Assembly: GCA_963626555.1 (NCBI GenBank)
Contig: CAVFXQ010000004.1
Location: 30,780-94,779 of the forward strand
DNA length: 64,000 nucleotides
Direction of reading: 5' to 3'
DNA from: Clostridiales bacterium
GTDB lineage: Bacteria > Bacteroidota > Bacteroidia > Bacteroidales > Paludibacteraceae
Made by a program: the position numbers and the translations under genes. Of this stretch, positions 10,390-20,443 are shown one piece after another. Each line of letters opens with the position of its first letter. Position 1 is the stretch's first letter. The notes below the pieces were generated by a model. The model searched no databases. It had not been told where the DNA came from and saw only the letters and a list, made by a program, of their open reading frames with translations.

Positions 10390-12498
10390 TCAGCGTGCAA
10401 ACATTGCACTGAGTCCGAACTTGAAGTAAGATGGATCCATTGCGTAGCCTCGCATATAGAGGTAGTTGTATTTGTTCATCCAAAGAGCGTTGAAGTGGTT
10501 GTATGCCACATAAAAACGTACACGCTTCAACTGAAAATTGAGGAATGCATCCATATAGACATAGTCTCCATACTTTGTATAATTGCTACTGTTGGCATCT
10601 TGAACAAAAAATTGACCCGTCGCAGGCATATAGTTTGGCGCATTATAAGCACTATTCCACCGCATGTCCACACCAATAGCAATATTCAAAACCTTAAACA
10701 ATTTGTCGAAACGAAGATAGGCAGACGAGAACCAGGAGAGTGTTGGCAAAGGAAGAACCTTAGCCTCGCTCGTCTGTTGAAAAGTCAACTCATTATCCCA
10801 ATGCAAATGCCAAATTCTCGCTCGTTCTTTAGCGGTAAGCGTCAAAATCTGTAGATTTTGATCGTATTGCTGAGGCAATGCATTTTTATTCCAATAGACA
10901 TAGTTATTCAAATTTCTGAAATCGGCCGAAATTTTCAAACCTAACCCATCATAGAACGCAAAAGTAGGGAACGACAAGAATCCATTGACAGTAAAATCTT
11001 GTTTGTTTTCAAAATCATTGCTCCACTTGATATGGTTAGAGAAATAGTAATCTTCATAGAAGTCGGGACAATAACGCTCAAACTTTGCAGAAGCACCAAT
11101 TTCAACAGGTTGCTTACCCCAATTAGCGCGGCTGTCCAATTTTCCACCCACCTCGAATGATGATGCCGTTTTCTTCTCGTCCAAGAAATAATATTCGCCA
11201 TAAAATTGATAAGTGAAGACAGGTCCTTGGTGTTTAGAAAGAATGGCTCCGACTCCAAATTTGTTTCTATGAATCGTGTTATAGGCAGGGTTCATCGTAT
11301 AGCCCAACGAGTCGTTATGAGGAGTCACCTCTCCCGTTGCTAACGACATGTTTTCATCCAAATAGGTGTATTTGTTGGTCGTTAAAGAAGCGTAGGCTGC
11401 AAAACCGAACTTCATCAAAGTGTTATATTCCTCGTTGAGGGAAATTCCGATCGTCTGCTTTGTTTGGAAAAAGCGTGAAGAATCGCACGACGAAACCGTG
11501 TTGTAGTTTTTCGCATCACTCAGATTATAACTATGATAAAAGCTATCCACTGAAAAGCCACCAGAAATAGCAGCCCTCTCATAAAAGCGTCTCCAATCAC
11601 TTTCACTACTGAACTTGTAGATAATGGATGTTACAGGTATTATTTCAGTAGTTGTTGAATCGGGCGTAACTTGCACTTCTTTCTCAACGCCAAAATTGTA
11701 TCGATAGTTGAACGACGCATTCCAATTGCGCACCTTCGTCCAATCATTATCCGTGAAATAAACAGGTATTGTAGTAGATTCCATATTACCCGTATTCTTA
11801 GGGTCTGTTATGTTTTCGTCTTCTGTGAAACCGCCACTTTCATAACTCTCATAGCCATTGAATGAGACAGATGCTCCAAACTGGCTATGGAATCCATCGT
11901 AACTCATAAAATAACCTGCGTTGTAGTTTTTGGTAGACTCAGACGAATAGAATCCGTATGCCTTCGTCCAATCCCCATAGAGTCCGAAGTTAAATCTTTT
12001 ATTGACATTGACAGTGAAAAGTCCATCTAAACGACGAGCATCTCTATTATTTTTCGTACCACTATAATAATTGATGTATGAAAAGGGAACCTTCGTGTTA
12101 AAGTAGGTGATATCTTCCGATGCCCGATAGTAAATTTGATACGGTTGAAAGAAGATGAAATCAGTTTTTTGTTTTCTGTCGACAAAGATAGCCGACTGAG
12201 CAGGCGAACCCATATTGCCTAAAGTCTGTAAAGCGATCGTCTTTTTGTAGGCAGGATTGTTGACATAGAAATTTGTCATTGAGGAGTCTATTTCCACATC
12301 TTCTTTGAATGCCAATGGTCCTTTATAGTTCCAAGTGAAAATGGTTCTGGGACTGACAGTTACCTTTTCCAAGCTATCCGCAGAGGCCACACTATCAACT
12401 GCAACCGTCAAAGAGTCTGCATTATTTATATCCTTTTTTCTTGCCAAAACAGGCAAAACAAAAAGCAAAGAGACTAATATCAGAAGGAAATTTCTCAT
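10390..12498 (-). CDS. Large outer-membrane beta-barrel protein (putative porin family)
   Basis: Start moved to MRNFLLILVSLLFVLPVLA (signal peptide). Aromatic/Gly/Asn-rich alternating beta-strand pattern throughout, with an aromatic-rich C-terminal strand. Confidence 0.5.
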   Translation of the reverse strand: MRNFLLILVSLLFVLPVLARKKDINNADSLTVAVDSVASADSLEKVTVSPRTIFTWNYKGPLAFKEDVEIDSSMTNFYVNNPAYKKTIALQTLGNMGSPAQSAIFVDRKQKTDFIFFQPYQIYYRASEDITYFNTKVPFSYINYYSGTKNNRDARRLDGLFTVNVNKRFNFGLYGDWTKAYGFYSSESTKNYNAGYFMSYDGFHSQFGASVSFNGYESYESGGFTEDENITDPKNTGNMESTTIPVYFTDNDWTKVRNWNASFNYRYNFGVEKEVQVTPDSTTTEIIPVTSIIYKFSSESDWRRFYERAAISGGFSVDSFYHSYNLSDAKNYNTVSSCDSSRFFQTKQTIGISLNEEYNTLMKFGFAAYASLTTNKYTYLDENMSLATGEVTPHNDSLGYTMNPAYNTIHRNKFGVGAILSKHQGPVFTYQFYGEYYFLDEKKTASSFEVGGKLDSRANWGKQPVEIGASAKFERYCPDFYEDYYFSNHIKWSNDFENKQDFTVNGFLSFPTFAFYDGLGLKISADFRNLNNYVYWNKNALPQQYDQNLQILTLTAKERARIWHLHWDNELTFQQTSEAKVLPLPTLSWFSSAYLRFDKLFKVLNIAIGVDMRWNSAYNAPNYMPATGQFFVQDANSSNYTKYGDYVYMDAFLNFQLKRVRFYVAYNHFNALWMNKYNYLYMRGYAMDPSYFKFGLSAMFAR

Positions 12499-12530
12499 CG
12501 GCTGCAAAGTTAGCAAAAGGGAGCGACTTA

Positions 12531-13160
12531 TTAAATTTTTTCTTCGTCGTATCGGTAACTCAGAGACGCACATGCGGCAAATATCGCCCCTATCATCGCA
12601 AAAAGCATATCTTTCTGTGTATCAAAGAAATCCCCCTGAGATGCGACGAAACTATCTGCGAAGTCGCCCGACACCATTACAGTAGCATACTCAAACAGCT
12701 CGTAGAAAGCACTGATAGCCATAGAGACGCTGATGCAAAGAAAGACTTGCATAGTACTTCTCTTCACTATCTTTTTTGTTATCAACATCTCTTTGCAAGC
12801 CAAGTATGGCGTAACCCCTTGCATAAAATGACCCAATTTATCGTAGTTGTTACGTTCCCAATCGAAGGTTTGTCCCAACCAATCCGTTGGATTGAAGAAA
12901 GGGACTTCTGAATAGGTAAAGATGCCCCCGATTGTGAGGACTATGATTTCTATTGCGAAAATGAAATTCAGTAAACGAGAGAAATGAACACCACGATCCA
13001 AGAGAATGAAAATGGCAACAAAGCCAATATAGGCAGGCAACACCTCCATGAACCACACGACAACATCCTTTGCAACGAACGCAGAGAGCGTAACCAACCA
13101 AAAAAGCAGAATATATGCGTATAAAGACTTCCTTTTTTTTATCCGATCCACAATATTCAT
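12531..13160 (-). CDS. Polytopic inner-membrane protein (possibly DUF2238/YjdF-like)
   Basis: 209 aa with about 5-6 hydrophobic helices. The family assignment is recalled by eye only. Confidence 0.45.
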   Translation of the reverse strand: MNIVDRIKKRKSLYAYILLFWLVTLSAFVAKDVVVWFMEVLPAYIGFVAIFILLDRGVHFSRLLNFIFAIEIIVLTIGGIFTYSEVPFFNPTDWLGQTFDWERNNYDKLGHFMQGVTPYLACKEMLITKKIVKRSTMQVFLCISVSMAISAFYELFEYATVMVSGDFADSFVASQGDFFDTQKDMLFAMIGAIFAACASLSYRYDEEKI

Positions 13161-13190
13161 ATCATTTTACTTTTTAACACCTATTAGACT

Positions 13191-14438
13191 CTATCTTTTT
13201 GACTTATAGAACAAGGTTGTTTTATTAGAATCTTGAAAAACACGTTGAGAAAAACTGATTGCATCCTCGGGTGTAACCTTGTTGTATACATCTGTTTGCT
13301 TGAACAAATCATTAGCATCACCCAACAATTCATGATAAGCGAGGTCGGAGGCGAGGTCGGTTCGCGAGAAATAGTCTCCCATAATCTGAACCTCGTGCTT
13401 ATTACGCAGTTTTTGAGTTTCGTATTCAGAAATCCTCTCGTTCTTCAACTCGTATACCAACTCGTCAAAAGCCTCGTCGGCGATGGAGGGAGTTGTTCCA
13501 TCTGCAAATTTTCCAGAGAAATAAAAAACGCCTGCCTCAATCAAAGACGATATGTAAGCATTGGCTCCCGTAAAAATCTTCTTTTCATGTACTAAACGCT
13601 GAATGACACGAGACGATTTGCCATTTGCCAAGACATCAGACACGAAGTCGGACACTGCATAATCACTCGTTTTTCGTCCTCCAATATGATATGCTCGAAA
13701 ATAGTAAGAGACAGGAACATCTCGCTCCACTTCAACATATTTAGACTCTGTCTGAATGGGTACAGGAGGAATACATCGTACTGCAATTTTTCGACGAGGA
13801 ATGCCCCCATAATATTTCTCAACTAATCGTTTTGTTTCATCTAAAGATATATTGCCGACGACAGACAAAATGGCATTGTTTGGCGCATAATGAGCGTAGA
13901 AAAATGTTTTAACATCCTCTAAAGTAGCCTCCTTGATATGTTCCAATTTCAAACCGATGCTAGGCCACCCATACGGATGGTCTAGCCCATAGACAGCACG
14001 CGCCAACTCATGATGGATATCGCCATAAGGTTGGTTGATACAACGCTCTTTAAACTCCTCACAGACAACTTGACGTTGCACTTCCAGACTTTTAGGAGAG
14101 AAGAGCAACCCTTTCATCCTATCTGCCTCCATGTAGAAAGCAGTCTCAACGTTGTTAGAGGGGATTATAACGTAATAATTGGTATAATCAATACAAGTGA
14201 ACGCGTTATTCTCACCACTGGCAAGTTGTATTGGCTCGTCATAATTTGGTTCTGCTGGCGTGCCTCCAAACATAAGATGCTCAAACAGATGAGCGAAACC
14301 AGTTTTGTCTACCCTTTCATCCTTCGAACCCACATCATAGAGCGTGTTGACTACCACTAATGAGGTGGTTTTATCCTCCTTATGCACCACCCTCAAGCCA
14401 TTTTCGAGCGTGAACTTGTTTATCACCTGTTCTGTCAT
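13191..14438 (-). CDS. M16 (pitrilysin/insulinase) family zinc peptidase
   Basis: Inverted zinc motif HLFEHLMF (HxxEH) near the N-terminus. 415 aa. Confidence 0.85.
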   Translation of the reverse strand: MTEQVINKFTLENGLRVVHKEDKTTSLVVVNTLYDVGSKDERVDKTGFAHLFEHLMFGGTPAEPNYDEPIQLASGENNAFTCIDYTNYYVIIPSNNVETAFYMEADRMKGLLFSPKSLEVQRQVVCEEFKERCINQPYGDIHHELARAVYGLDHPYGWPSIGLKLEHIKEATLEDVKTFFYAHYAPNNAILSVVGNISLDETKRLVEKYYGGIPRRKIAVRCIPPVPIQTESKYVEVERDVPVSYYFRAYHIGGRKTSDYAVSDFVSDVLANGKSSRVIQRLVHEKKIFTGANAYISSLIEAGVFYFSGKFADGTTPSIADEAFDELVYELKNERISEYETQKLRNKHEVQIMGDYFSRTDLASDLAYHELLGDANDLFKQTDVYNKVTPEDAISFSQRVFQDSNKTTLFYKSKR

Positions 14439-14448
14439 CTGTCCACCA

Positions 14449-15825
14449 TCACTTTTGTTTCACATACAACTGTCCTGTAGAAAAACGTCTTACCACTACG
14501 ATTGTTCCTTCTTCCACATAACCACCATTTTCAGACACAGCATTGTATACATCATCGCCGATTTTCACTTTTCCAGACGGACAAAGCACGGTTACTGTTA
14601 TACCTTCCTGTCCTACCAATGAATTTTCAACCTTTTCCACCTCTGTGTTATCATCTAAAGATGTATTCAAAGCGATATTTTTAAATATACCATCTTTTCC
14701 AATCTTAGTTGACAAATAGTAGACAAGGATACCGGAACCTATCAACGCCAACAACACCGTCAGAAGAGCGATAGAAGCCTCATACGCAGAAACAGTCTTG
14801 AAAGAGAACCAGTCGTTCGGCAACAAACATAAAATAAATCCTGCGACAACAAAGACTATTCCCAAGATACCCGTGATGCCGAACCCTGGGATCAAGAATA
14901 TCTCAACTAATACGAGCCCGACACCCAACAAAATAAGGAGTCCTTCCCAAATATCAGCCAAACCGTCAATATAGAGCGGTGCAAAATAGAGGATGGCGGC
15001 AACAATAGAAACAGCCAATGCGAAACCGATGCCAGGCGATTGCATTTCGAAATAAATTCCGCCAATGATTAACATAATCAAGACACCATGCAAAACAGGA
15101 TTCATCAACCAACCTTTGATATCGTCCCAAGCAGTTGCCTCGTACGAAGATAGTTGATAATCAGGCTCATGCAAAGCGTTTACTATGATTTCGTCAATAC
15201 TTTCATAAATACCTTCACAATACCCATATTGCACAGCATCGTTCGCCGTAAACGTAAGGATTTTCGTAGAATCGACCACGCCAGGCACCACCACGCTCTC
15301 GTCGACCATAGCCTCGGCAATCTTAGGATCTCTTCGCCATTTTTCTATTGTATCGCCATTTACGACAACCCGCACCTTTCCTTGTGATTCAGCCGTTGAG
15401 CGAATAATTGAACGCATATAGCTTTGATACTTATCGGGGGCTTTCGAGCCATCCCCGTTCACCACCGTGGCTGCACCAATATTAGCACCTTGACGCATAT
15501 AAATGCTATCGCACGCAATCGAGATAAGAGCTCCCGCACTCGCGGCGTTATTGTCAATAAAAACATATACAGGCTTTTTATAGTTGAGTATAGCCGTCCG
15601 CATAGAGTCTGCATAATCTACTGCTCCACCATATGTGTTGAGGTGCAAGAAAACAGCATCCACCTGATTTTCAGAGGCCTCTTCTAACCCATTTTTCAAA
15701 TACTGCCAAGACGTCGCACTAATTTCCTTGAAAACTCTTATCTCATAATAAGATTTGCTCGCCCAACATTGAAGGAAGAGGGCGCAACAAAAAAACAAGA
15801 GACAAACAATCTTTCGTCTTATCAT
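14449..15825 (-). CDS. NfeD-family membrane-bound ClpP-class serine protease
   Basis: N-terminal ClpP-like domain (NTYGGAVDYA...AASAGALIS), a central block of TM helices and a C-terminal NfeD OB-like domain. Confidence 0.8.
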   Translation of the reverse strand: MIRRKIVCLLFFCCALFLQCWASKSYYEIRVFKEISATSWQYLKNGLEEASENQVDAVFLHLNTYGGAVDYADSMRTAILNYKKPVYVFIDNNAASAGALISIACDSIYMRQGANIGAATVVNGDGSKAPDKYQSYMRSIIRSTAESQGKVRVVVNGDTIEKWRRDPKIAEAMVDESVVVPGVVDSTKILTFTANDAVQYGYCEGIYESIDEIIVNALHEPDYQLSSYEATAWDDIKGWLMNPVLHGVLIMLIIGGIYFEMQSPGIGFALAVSIVAAILYFAPLYIDGLADIWEGLLILLGVGLVLVEIFLIPGFGITGILGIVFVVAGFILCLLPNDWFSFKTVSAYEASIALLTVLLALIGSGILVYYLSTKIGKDGIFKNIALNTSLDDNTEVEKVENSLVGQEGITVTVLCPSGKVKIGDDVYNAVSENGGYVEEGTIVVVRRFSTGQLYVKQK

Positions 15826-15939
15826 AAAAAATCAATCAATTATATTCTTTTACCACCCCAAAATTAGGTAAAAAGAGTGAAAAAAACTTAATTTGCGAAA
15901 CCTTATATTACAACCGAAAGATAAATAAAAGAAAATATT

Positions 15940-18876
15940 TTGAATATGAAAAGAAAATTACTTACCGCGATGTTAGCTGTCTGCGGCGGTCTATGTGCCA
16001 ACGCAGCAGCGTCATACGACTTCGAGGATGGAACTTTGACGTGGAACCAAGGGTGGGGAAACGAGTCGTCCGCGATTGTTAGCAATCCATACAAATGTGG
16101 GAACACGAGCGACTATTGTCTTCACATCGTGACCACGGGCTATGGAATGTTGGGTTATTGGAATGAAGACGACCTCTCAGCCAACTACGTTGCCATAGAC
16201 GTGTTTAGCATGACTGACTGCACTATGAGAGTCTACTGCTCTGGAATTGAAGCAGACAGATATTACACCATTGAAAAAGGAAAATGGCAAACTGTTTTCG
16301 TTGACTATAAAGATGCTTCTAAATCAGGTGCAAGCTCCATTTTGGAGTTCTGTCAGTCTGGTGAAACAGGAGAACTCTATGTTGACAATGTCCGCGTAGT
16401 CTCAAGCAAGACCGGAGCCGTTTCCTGCACAGAAGCCTACACCGCTGAAGAGTGCAAGAACATCGCAGACTTCACTTTCGGACAATTGGCTATGGGTGGC
16501 GGTGGATTTGTTCCTGGCGTTATCGCCCAAGGAAACACAAAAATCGCACGCACCGACGTGGGTGGCGCCTACAAGTGGAACTACAGCAGTTCTAAGTGGG
16601 AACCCATCACCAACTTCATTTCAGAAGACAACAAGGGTTTATACAGTATCGAAGGTATTGCCATTGACCCTCAGAACGAGAACAACATCTATCTGTTGGC
16701 TGGAAACCAATACTTCAGTTCGCAAAAGACAGCGATTTTGTGTTCTAAAGACGGTGGAAAAACTTTCACTACCTCAGACATCACAAACATTGCCGTCGTA
16801 CACGGTAACGGCGACGGAAGAAACTGTGGAGAACGTATCGCAGTAGACCCCAACAACAGCAACATCATCTACTCTGGAGCAAGAGCTAAGACTCCACTCA
16901 TCTGTAGTACCGATGGTGGTGCAAACTGGGACGTTGTTTCTTCATTCCCTTCTTCTGCATTTTCAAACTCTATCAACTGGCCAAGTTGGGAAAGCAAATC
17001 CGTAAACACAACAGCCGACGAGAATGGTACGACAGCCGTTGTATTTGACGGCTCAAGTGTTAGCGGTGGCAAGACACAACGTATCTTCGTAGGTATTTCA
17101 AGCCTCAACACAGCCAACGTCTATGTGTCAGAGGATGGAGGTTCTTCTTGGTCTACTATCAGTTCGTTGCCAACCAACCTCATTCCTTGCAGAATGAAGA
17201 TGGACAAGAACGGCAACTTACTCATTGCCTACTCAGACAAGAAAGCTTACGGAAGCAATGGTGCTATCTACCGTTACAATCCAAATACGAAGACTGCCGA
17301 GAATATCTCGCCTGCTACTGGATACGCATTCGGTGACGTTGCCGTTTCACCTAACGACGCCAACAAACTCGTTGTCTCAACCAACAGCACATGGGTGCCA
17401 CAAGCCTGGGAGAACGGTTCGTCAGCCAACGGAGACATCATCTGGGTTTCTACCGATGGTGGTAAGAACTGGACAAACTTAAACGGCAAGTTCACGCTTA
17501 AGAGCAATGGCGTAACCTGGATCTCTGGATATGCACTCCACTGGTGTGGAACAGTCTGCATCGATCCTACTACCGAAAAAGTATCTTTCGGTTCTGGAAA
17601 CGGTATCTTCTCTTGCGATGATATCTGGACTGCAAGCGACAACTACACATTCTACTTCGATGTGAAAGGTATTGAAGAGACAGTTCCATTAGACGCTGTC
17701 AGCATTCCATGCGGTGGGGACTTCCTCTCTGTAATCGGAGACTACACCGGATTCATCCACAAGGATCTCTCTACCTACCCTGCAATCCACGACCCTGCGC
17801 CTGGAACAACGGGAGGTATCAACTACTACAGTGGCGACCACAACATCCAAATGCGTGTTGCCAACTCTGGCTTCTACATCACCACAACTGGCGCAACAGG
17901 TTGGAAGAAGACCGCCGCAAACACCTCTTACTCATATAGCAACCAATATTGCTCAGGATGCGACCCTTACCCATCTAACGAGGGTAAATGTGCAATCACT
18001 AAGAAAGCAGACGGAACAACGCGCTATTTTGTGATTCCAGGACCAGGAGAAAGCGGAATCTTCTATTCCGACAACGAAGGCGCTTCTTGGACGAAAGTTT
18101 CTGGCACAGACAAGGCTACTCATATCCAAGTTGACCCTGAAAATGATGAATTCGTATATGCAGGAGGCAAACAATACTTCTACAAAAGTTCTGACTATGG
18201 TACAACCTTCTCTTCACAATCATTGTCTAACGGCGACTACGGACGTATCACGGTAGTCAACGGCGTTGAAGGATTGATCTATGCACCAGGCGGAACCAAC
18301 GGTTTGTATGTTTCAGTTGACAATGGTGAAAAATTCACTAAAGTTGAAAATGTAACAAGTTGTGATGCTGTCGGCGCAGGTGTCGGCAAAGATGGCAAGG
18401 GCTACGTTCTCTACATCTACGGAGTGGTTTATGGTTGTACTGCAGGAATCTACTTCTCTGAAGACGAAGGTGCTACATGGACACGTGCAACTAAAGACAA
18501 CCAACAGTTCGGTGGACCAGGAAACGGACAGTTCATCTTAGGAGATTGGAACACATACGGACGTGTTTATATGAGTTCAATCGGTATGGGTATCATCTAC
18601 GGAGAATATGCCAACAAGGCGGCTACCACCGCAAGTTTCTGCGACGGAACGAATGTCAACGAGGCACAAGCAGAGAAGTCGATAGTCATCACCCCTAACC
18701 CATTCTCTGAAACAGCAACACTCTACGGTGAAGGCGACTACACCATCACCAATATGCTCGGAGCAGTTGTAGAAGAAGGAATCGCCAACGGAACTACTGA
18801 AATCGGAGCTAACCTCAGCAATGGCGTATATGTAGTTCTCTTCAACGGAAGCGCAACAAAACTCATCAAGAAATAA
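15940..18876 (+). CDS. Secreted BNR/Asp-box repeat protein (GH74/sortilin-like beta-propeller) with T9SS type A C-terminal sorting domain
   Basis: At least 8 Asp-box motifs (SKDGGKTF, STDGGANW, SEDGGSSW, STDGGKNW, SDNEGASW, SSDYGTTF, SVDNGEKF, SEDEGATW). C-terminal ~80 aa Por-secretion tail (ITPNPFSETATL...GVYVVLFNG...KLIKK). Confidence 0.75.
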   Translation: MNMKRKLLTAMLAVCGGLCANAAASYDFEDGTLTWNQGWGNESSAIVSNPYKCGNTSDYCLHIVTTGYGMLGYWNEDDLSANYVAIDVFSMTDCTMRVYCSGIEADRYYTIEKGKWQTVFVDYKDASKSGASSILEFCQSGETGELYVDNVRVVSSKTGAVSCTEAYTAEECKNIADFTFGQLAMGGGGFVPGVIAQGNTKIARTDVGGAYKWNYSSSKWEPITNFISEDNKGLYSIEGIAIDPQNENNIYLLAGNQYFSSQKTAILCSKDGGKTFTTSDITNIAVVHGNGDGRNCGERIAVDPNNSNIIYSGARAKTPLICSTDGGANWDVVSSFPSSAFSNSINWPSWESKSVNTTADENGTTAVVFDGSSVSGGKTQRIFVGISSLNTANVYVSEDGGSSWSTISSLPTNLIPCRMKMDKNGNLLIAYSDKKAYGSNGAIYRYNPNTKTAENISPATGYAFGDVAVSPNDANKLVVSTNSTWVPQAWENGSSANGDIIWVSTDGGKNWTNLNGKFTLKSNGVTWISGYALHWCGTVCIDPTTEKVSFGSGNGIFSCDDIWTASDNYTFYFDVKGIEETVPLDAVSIPCGGDFLSVIGDYTGFIHKDLSTYPAIHDPAPGTTGGINYYSGDHNIQMRVANSGFYITTTGATGWKKTAANTSYSYSNQYCSGCDPYPSNEGKCAITKKADGTTRYFVIPGPGESGIFYSDNEGASWTKVSGTDKATHIQVDPENDEFVYAGGKQYFYKSSDYGTTFSSQSLSNGDYGRITVVNGVEGLIYAPGGTNGLYVSVDNGEKFTKVENVTSCDAVGAGVGKDGKGYVLYIYGVVYGCTAGIYFSEDEGATWTRATKDNQQFGGPGNGQFILGDWNTYGRVYMSSIGMGIIYGEYANKAATTASFCDGTNVNEAQAEKSIVITPNPFSETATLYGEGDYTITNMLGAVVEEGIANGTTEIGANLSNGVYVVLFNGSATKLIKK

Positions 18877-18903
18877 ACAATAATATTTCTTTCAGATAAC
18901 AAG

Positions 18904-18940
18904 AAGAGAGAGTCGTGAAAATGGCTCTCTCTTTTTTTTC
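18904..18940 (+). terminator. Rho-independent terminator
   Basis: AGAGAGAG...CTCTCTCT stem followed by T8, directly after the stop at 18876. Confidence 0.6.
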
Positions 18941-19008
18941 GTCTTAACTTTTTGTCTAATTCAAAGAAAAACAAAAACAGCCACAACCTATAGCAGTTTT
19001 GAAATTCG

Positions 19009-19016
19009 TATCTTTG
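19009..19016 (+). promoter_or_regulatory. Bacteroidota -7 promoter box
   Basis: TATCTTTG lies 18 nt upstream of the hipS-like ATG at 19034. Confidence 0.4.
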
Positions 19017-19033
19017 CCCCAAACTGTAAAGTT

Positions 19034-19369
19034 ATGAGGCAACTCCATGTATACGTCAACGACACCTTTGCCGGCACACTGACCGAGGCAAAGCCAGGAA
19101 GAGACTACACCTTTGCCTACGATGAAGCGTATTTAGCTTCCAACGGTCCAGACATTTCCGTAACGCTTCCCAAACGTGCAGATCCATACACGTCAAAGAC
19201 GCTTTTCCCATTCTTCTGCAACAACCTGCCTGAAGGAGCGAATAGAAGAATGATCTGCCGATATGAAAAAATCGACGAGCAAGACCTCTTCAGCCTTCTC
19301 GTAATTATGGCAGACCAAGATTGCATCGGAGCCGTCCAAGTAAGAAAGATCAAGAATGACAGAAAATAA
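19034..19369 (+). CDS. HipA N-terminal subdomain protein (HipS-like, Couple_hipA type)
   Basis: 111 aa. The pattern L.VY.N....G.L......Y.F.Y...YL......IS..LP...Y.....FPFF.NLLPEG.....I....I......L......DC.GA matches the HipA N-terminal domain. Confidence 0.75.
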   Translation: MRQLHVYVNDTFAGTLTEAKPGRDYTFAYDEAYLASNGPDISVTLPKRADPYTSKTLFPFFCNNLPEGANRRMICRYEKIDEQDLFSLLVIMADQDCIGAVQVRKIKNDRK

Positions 19370-20279
19370 TTACATATTAGATTTTGATTTGGAGGAGTTT
19401 AACGATGTGTCAAACATTGTCAAAACGATGAAACGCATCTCTGTTTCGGGTGTGCAGGAGAAATTCCCCACCATCATAGAAAACGGCAAGGTACGCCTTG
19501 CGCATAGAGACGAGCGTTCTACCCACATCCTAAAACCCGCACCTTGGGATCGCACCCTATGCGCACGGAATCAGATACCTGCCAATGAATATTTAACTAT
19601 GCAAATCGCCGATCAAGTCTACGGAATTGCAACCGCCTCATACGGACTATGCCTTACCCCTTCAAAAAAGCATGTATTCATCACTCGTAGGTTTGATATT
19701 CTTCCAAATGGTTCTAAACTTTTGATGGAAGATTTCGCCACTATTATCGGACGAGATGAAGCCAGTGATGGCGTTTGGTTCAAATACATGGGGTCTTACG
19801 AAGACATTGCCAGAGCAATACGAAAGCACGTTGCAGAATGGAAAGAGGATTTAGAAAGATTCTTCAACCTCGTGTTGTTCAACTACATCTATGGAAACGG
19901 AGATGCACACACGAAGAACTTCTCACTAATCAAGTACGGAGATAAATTCAGACTGGCTCCTGCATACGACCTGCTCAACACGCATATTCATATAGACGAT
20001 GATGACTTCGCACTCAGCGAAGGCTTGTCGCCCAACATCGAACCCAGCGATGTTATGGACAAAACAGGTCACCCTTGCCGTTTAGATTTCTATCGCTTCG
20101 GTCGGATTATTGGAATACAAGAGCCAAGCCTCAACGAGATTCTTGACAATTTTACCGTTCTATCTGCAACGGTTAAACACCTAATATCCAATAGTTACCT
20201 CAACGAGAAGATGAAACGTTCCTACCTCCGTGTGGTGAAAGAACGAATCAGTCGGTTTGCGAGAGTGGCAGAAAATTAA
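19356..20279 (+). CDS. HipA-like Ser/Thr kinase core (HipT-like) lacking the N-terminal subdomain
   Basis: P-loop-like RISVSGVQEKFP, catalytic GNGDAHTKNFSL and APAYDLLNT motifs. Overlaps the upstream gene by 14 nt. Confidence 0.8.
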   Translation: MTENNYILDFDLEEFNDVSNIVKTMKRISVSGVQEKFPTIIENGKVRLAHRDERSTHILKPAPWDRTLCARNQIPANEYLTMQIADQVYGIATASYGLCLTPSKKHVFITRRFDILPNGSKLLMEDFATIIGRDEASDGVWFKYMGSYEDIARAIRKHVAEWKEDLERFFNLVLFNYIYGNGDAHTKNFSLIKYGDKFRLAPAYDLLNTHIHIDDDDFALSEGLSPNIEPSDVMDKTGHPCRLDFYRFGRIIGIQEPSLNEILDNFTVLSATVKHLISNSYLNEKMKRSYLRVVKERISRFARVAEN

Positions 20280-20367
20280 AGTTTTCTGCTCTAAATCCAT
20301 CAAGATTTTCATTTAATTTAAAGAATAGTTAAAATCAATACAGGCTGTGGCAGTTTTAAGATTACAC

Positions 20368-20443
20368 CTCCCGACCATTTTGTTGACCTCAACAAAATGG
20401 TCGCCTTTGTTTCTACTTCCGCAAACCTCATCAAAACACGATA
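20368..20443. repeat. Palindrome-bearing ~76-80 bp repeat element, copy 1
   Basis: CGACCATTTTGTTGA-CC-TCAACAAAATGGTCG (20372-20403, perfect 15-bp arms) followed by GTTTCTACT...CAAACC...ATCAAA.CACGATA. The same arrangement recurs at 20838-20916. Confidence 0.8.

Noticed and set aside
12335-12911. Plus-strand ORFs 12335-12685 and 12441-12911
   Set aside because: They are antisense to the barrel protein start and the membrane-protein gene. They have no motifs and a biased basic composition typical of antisense frames.
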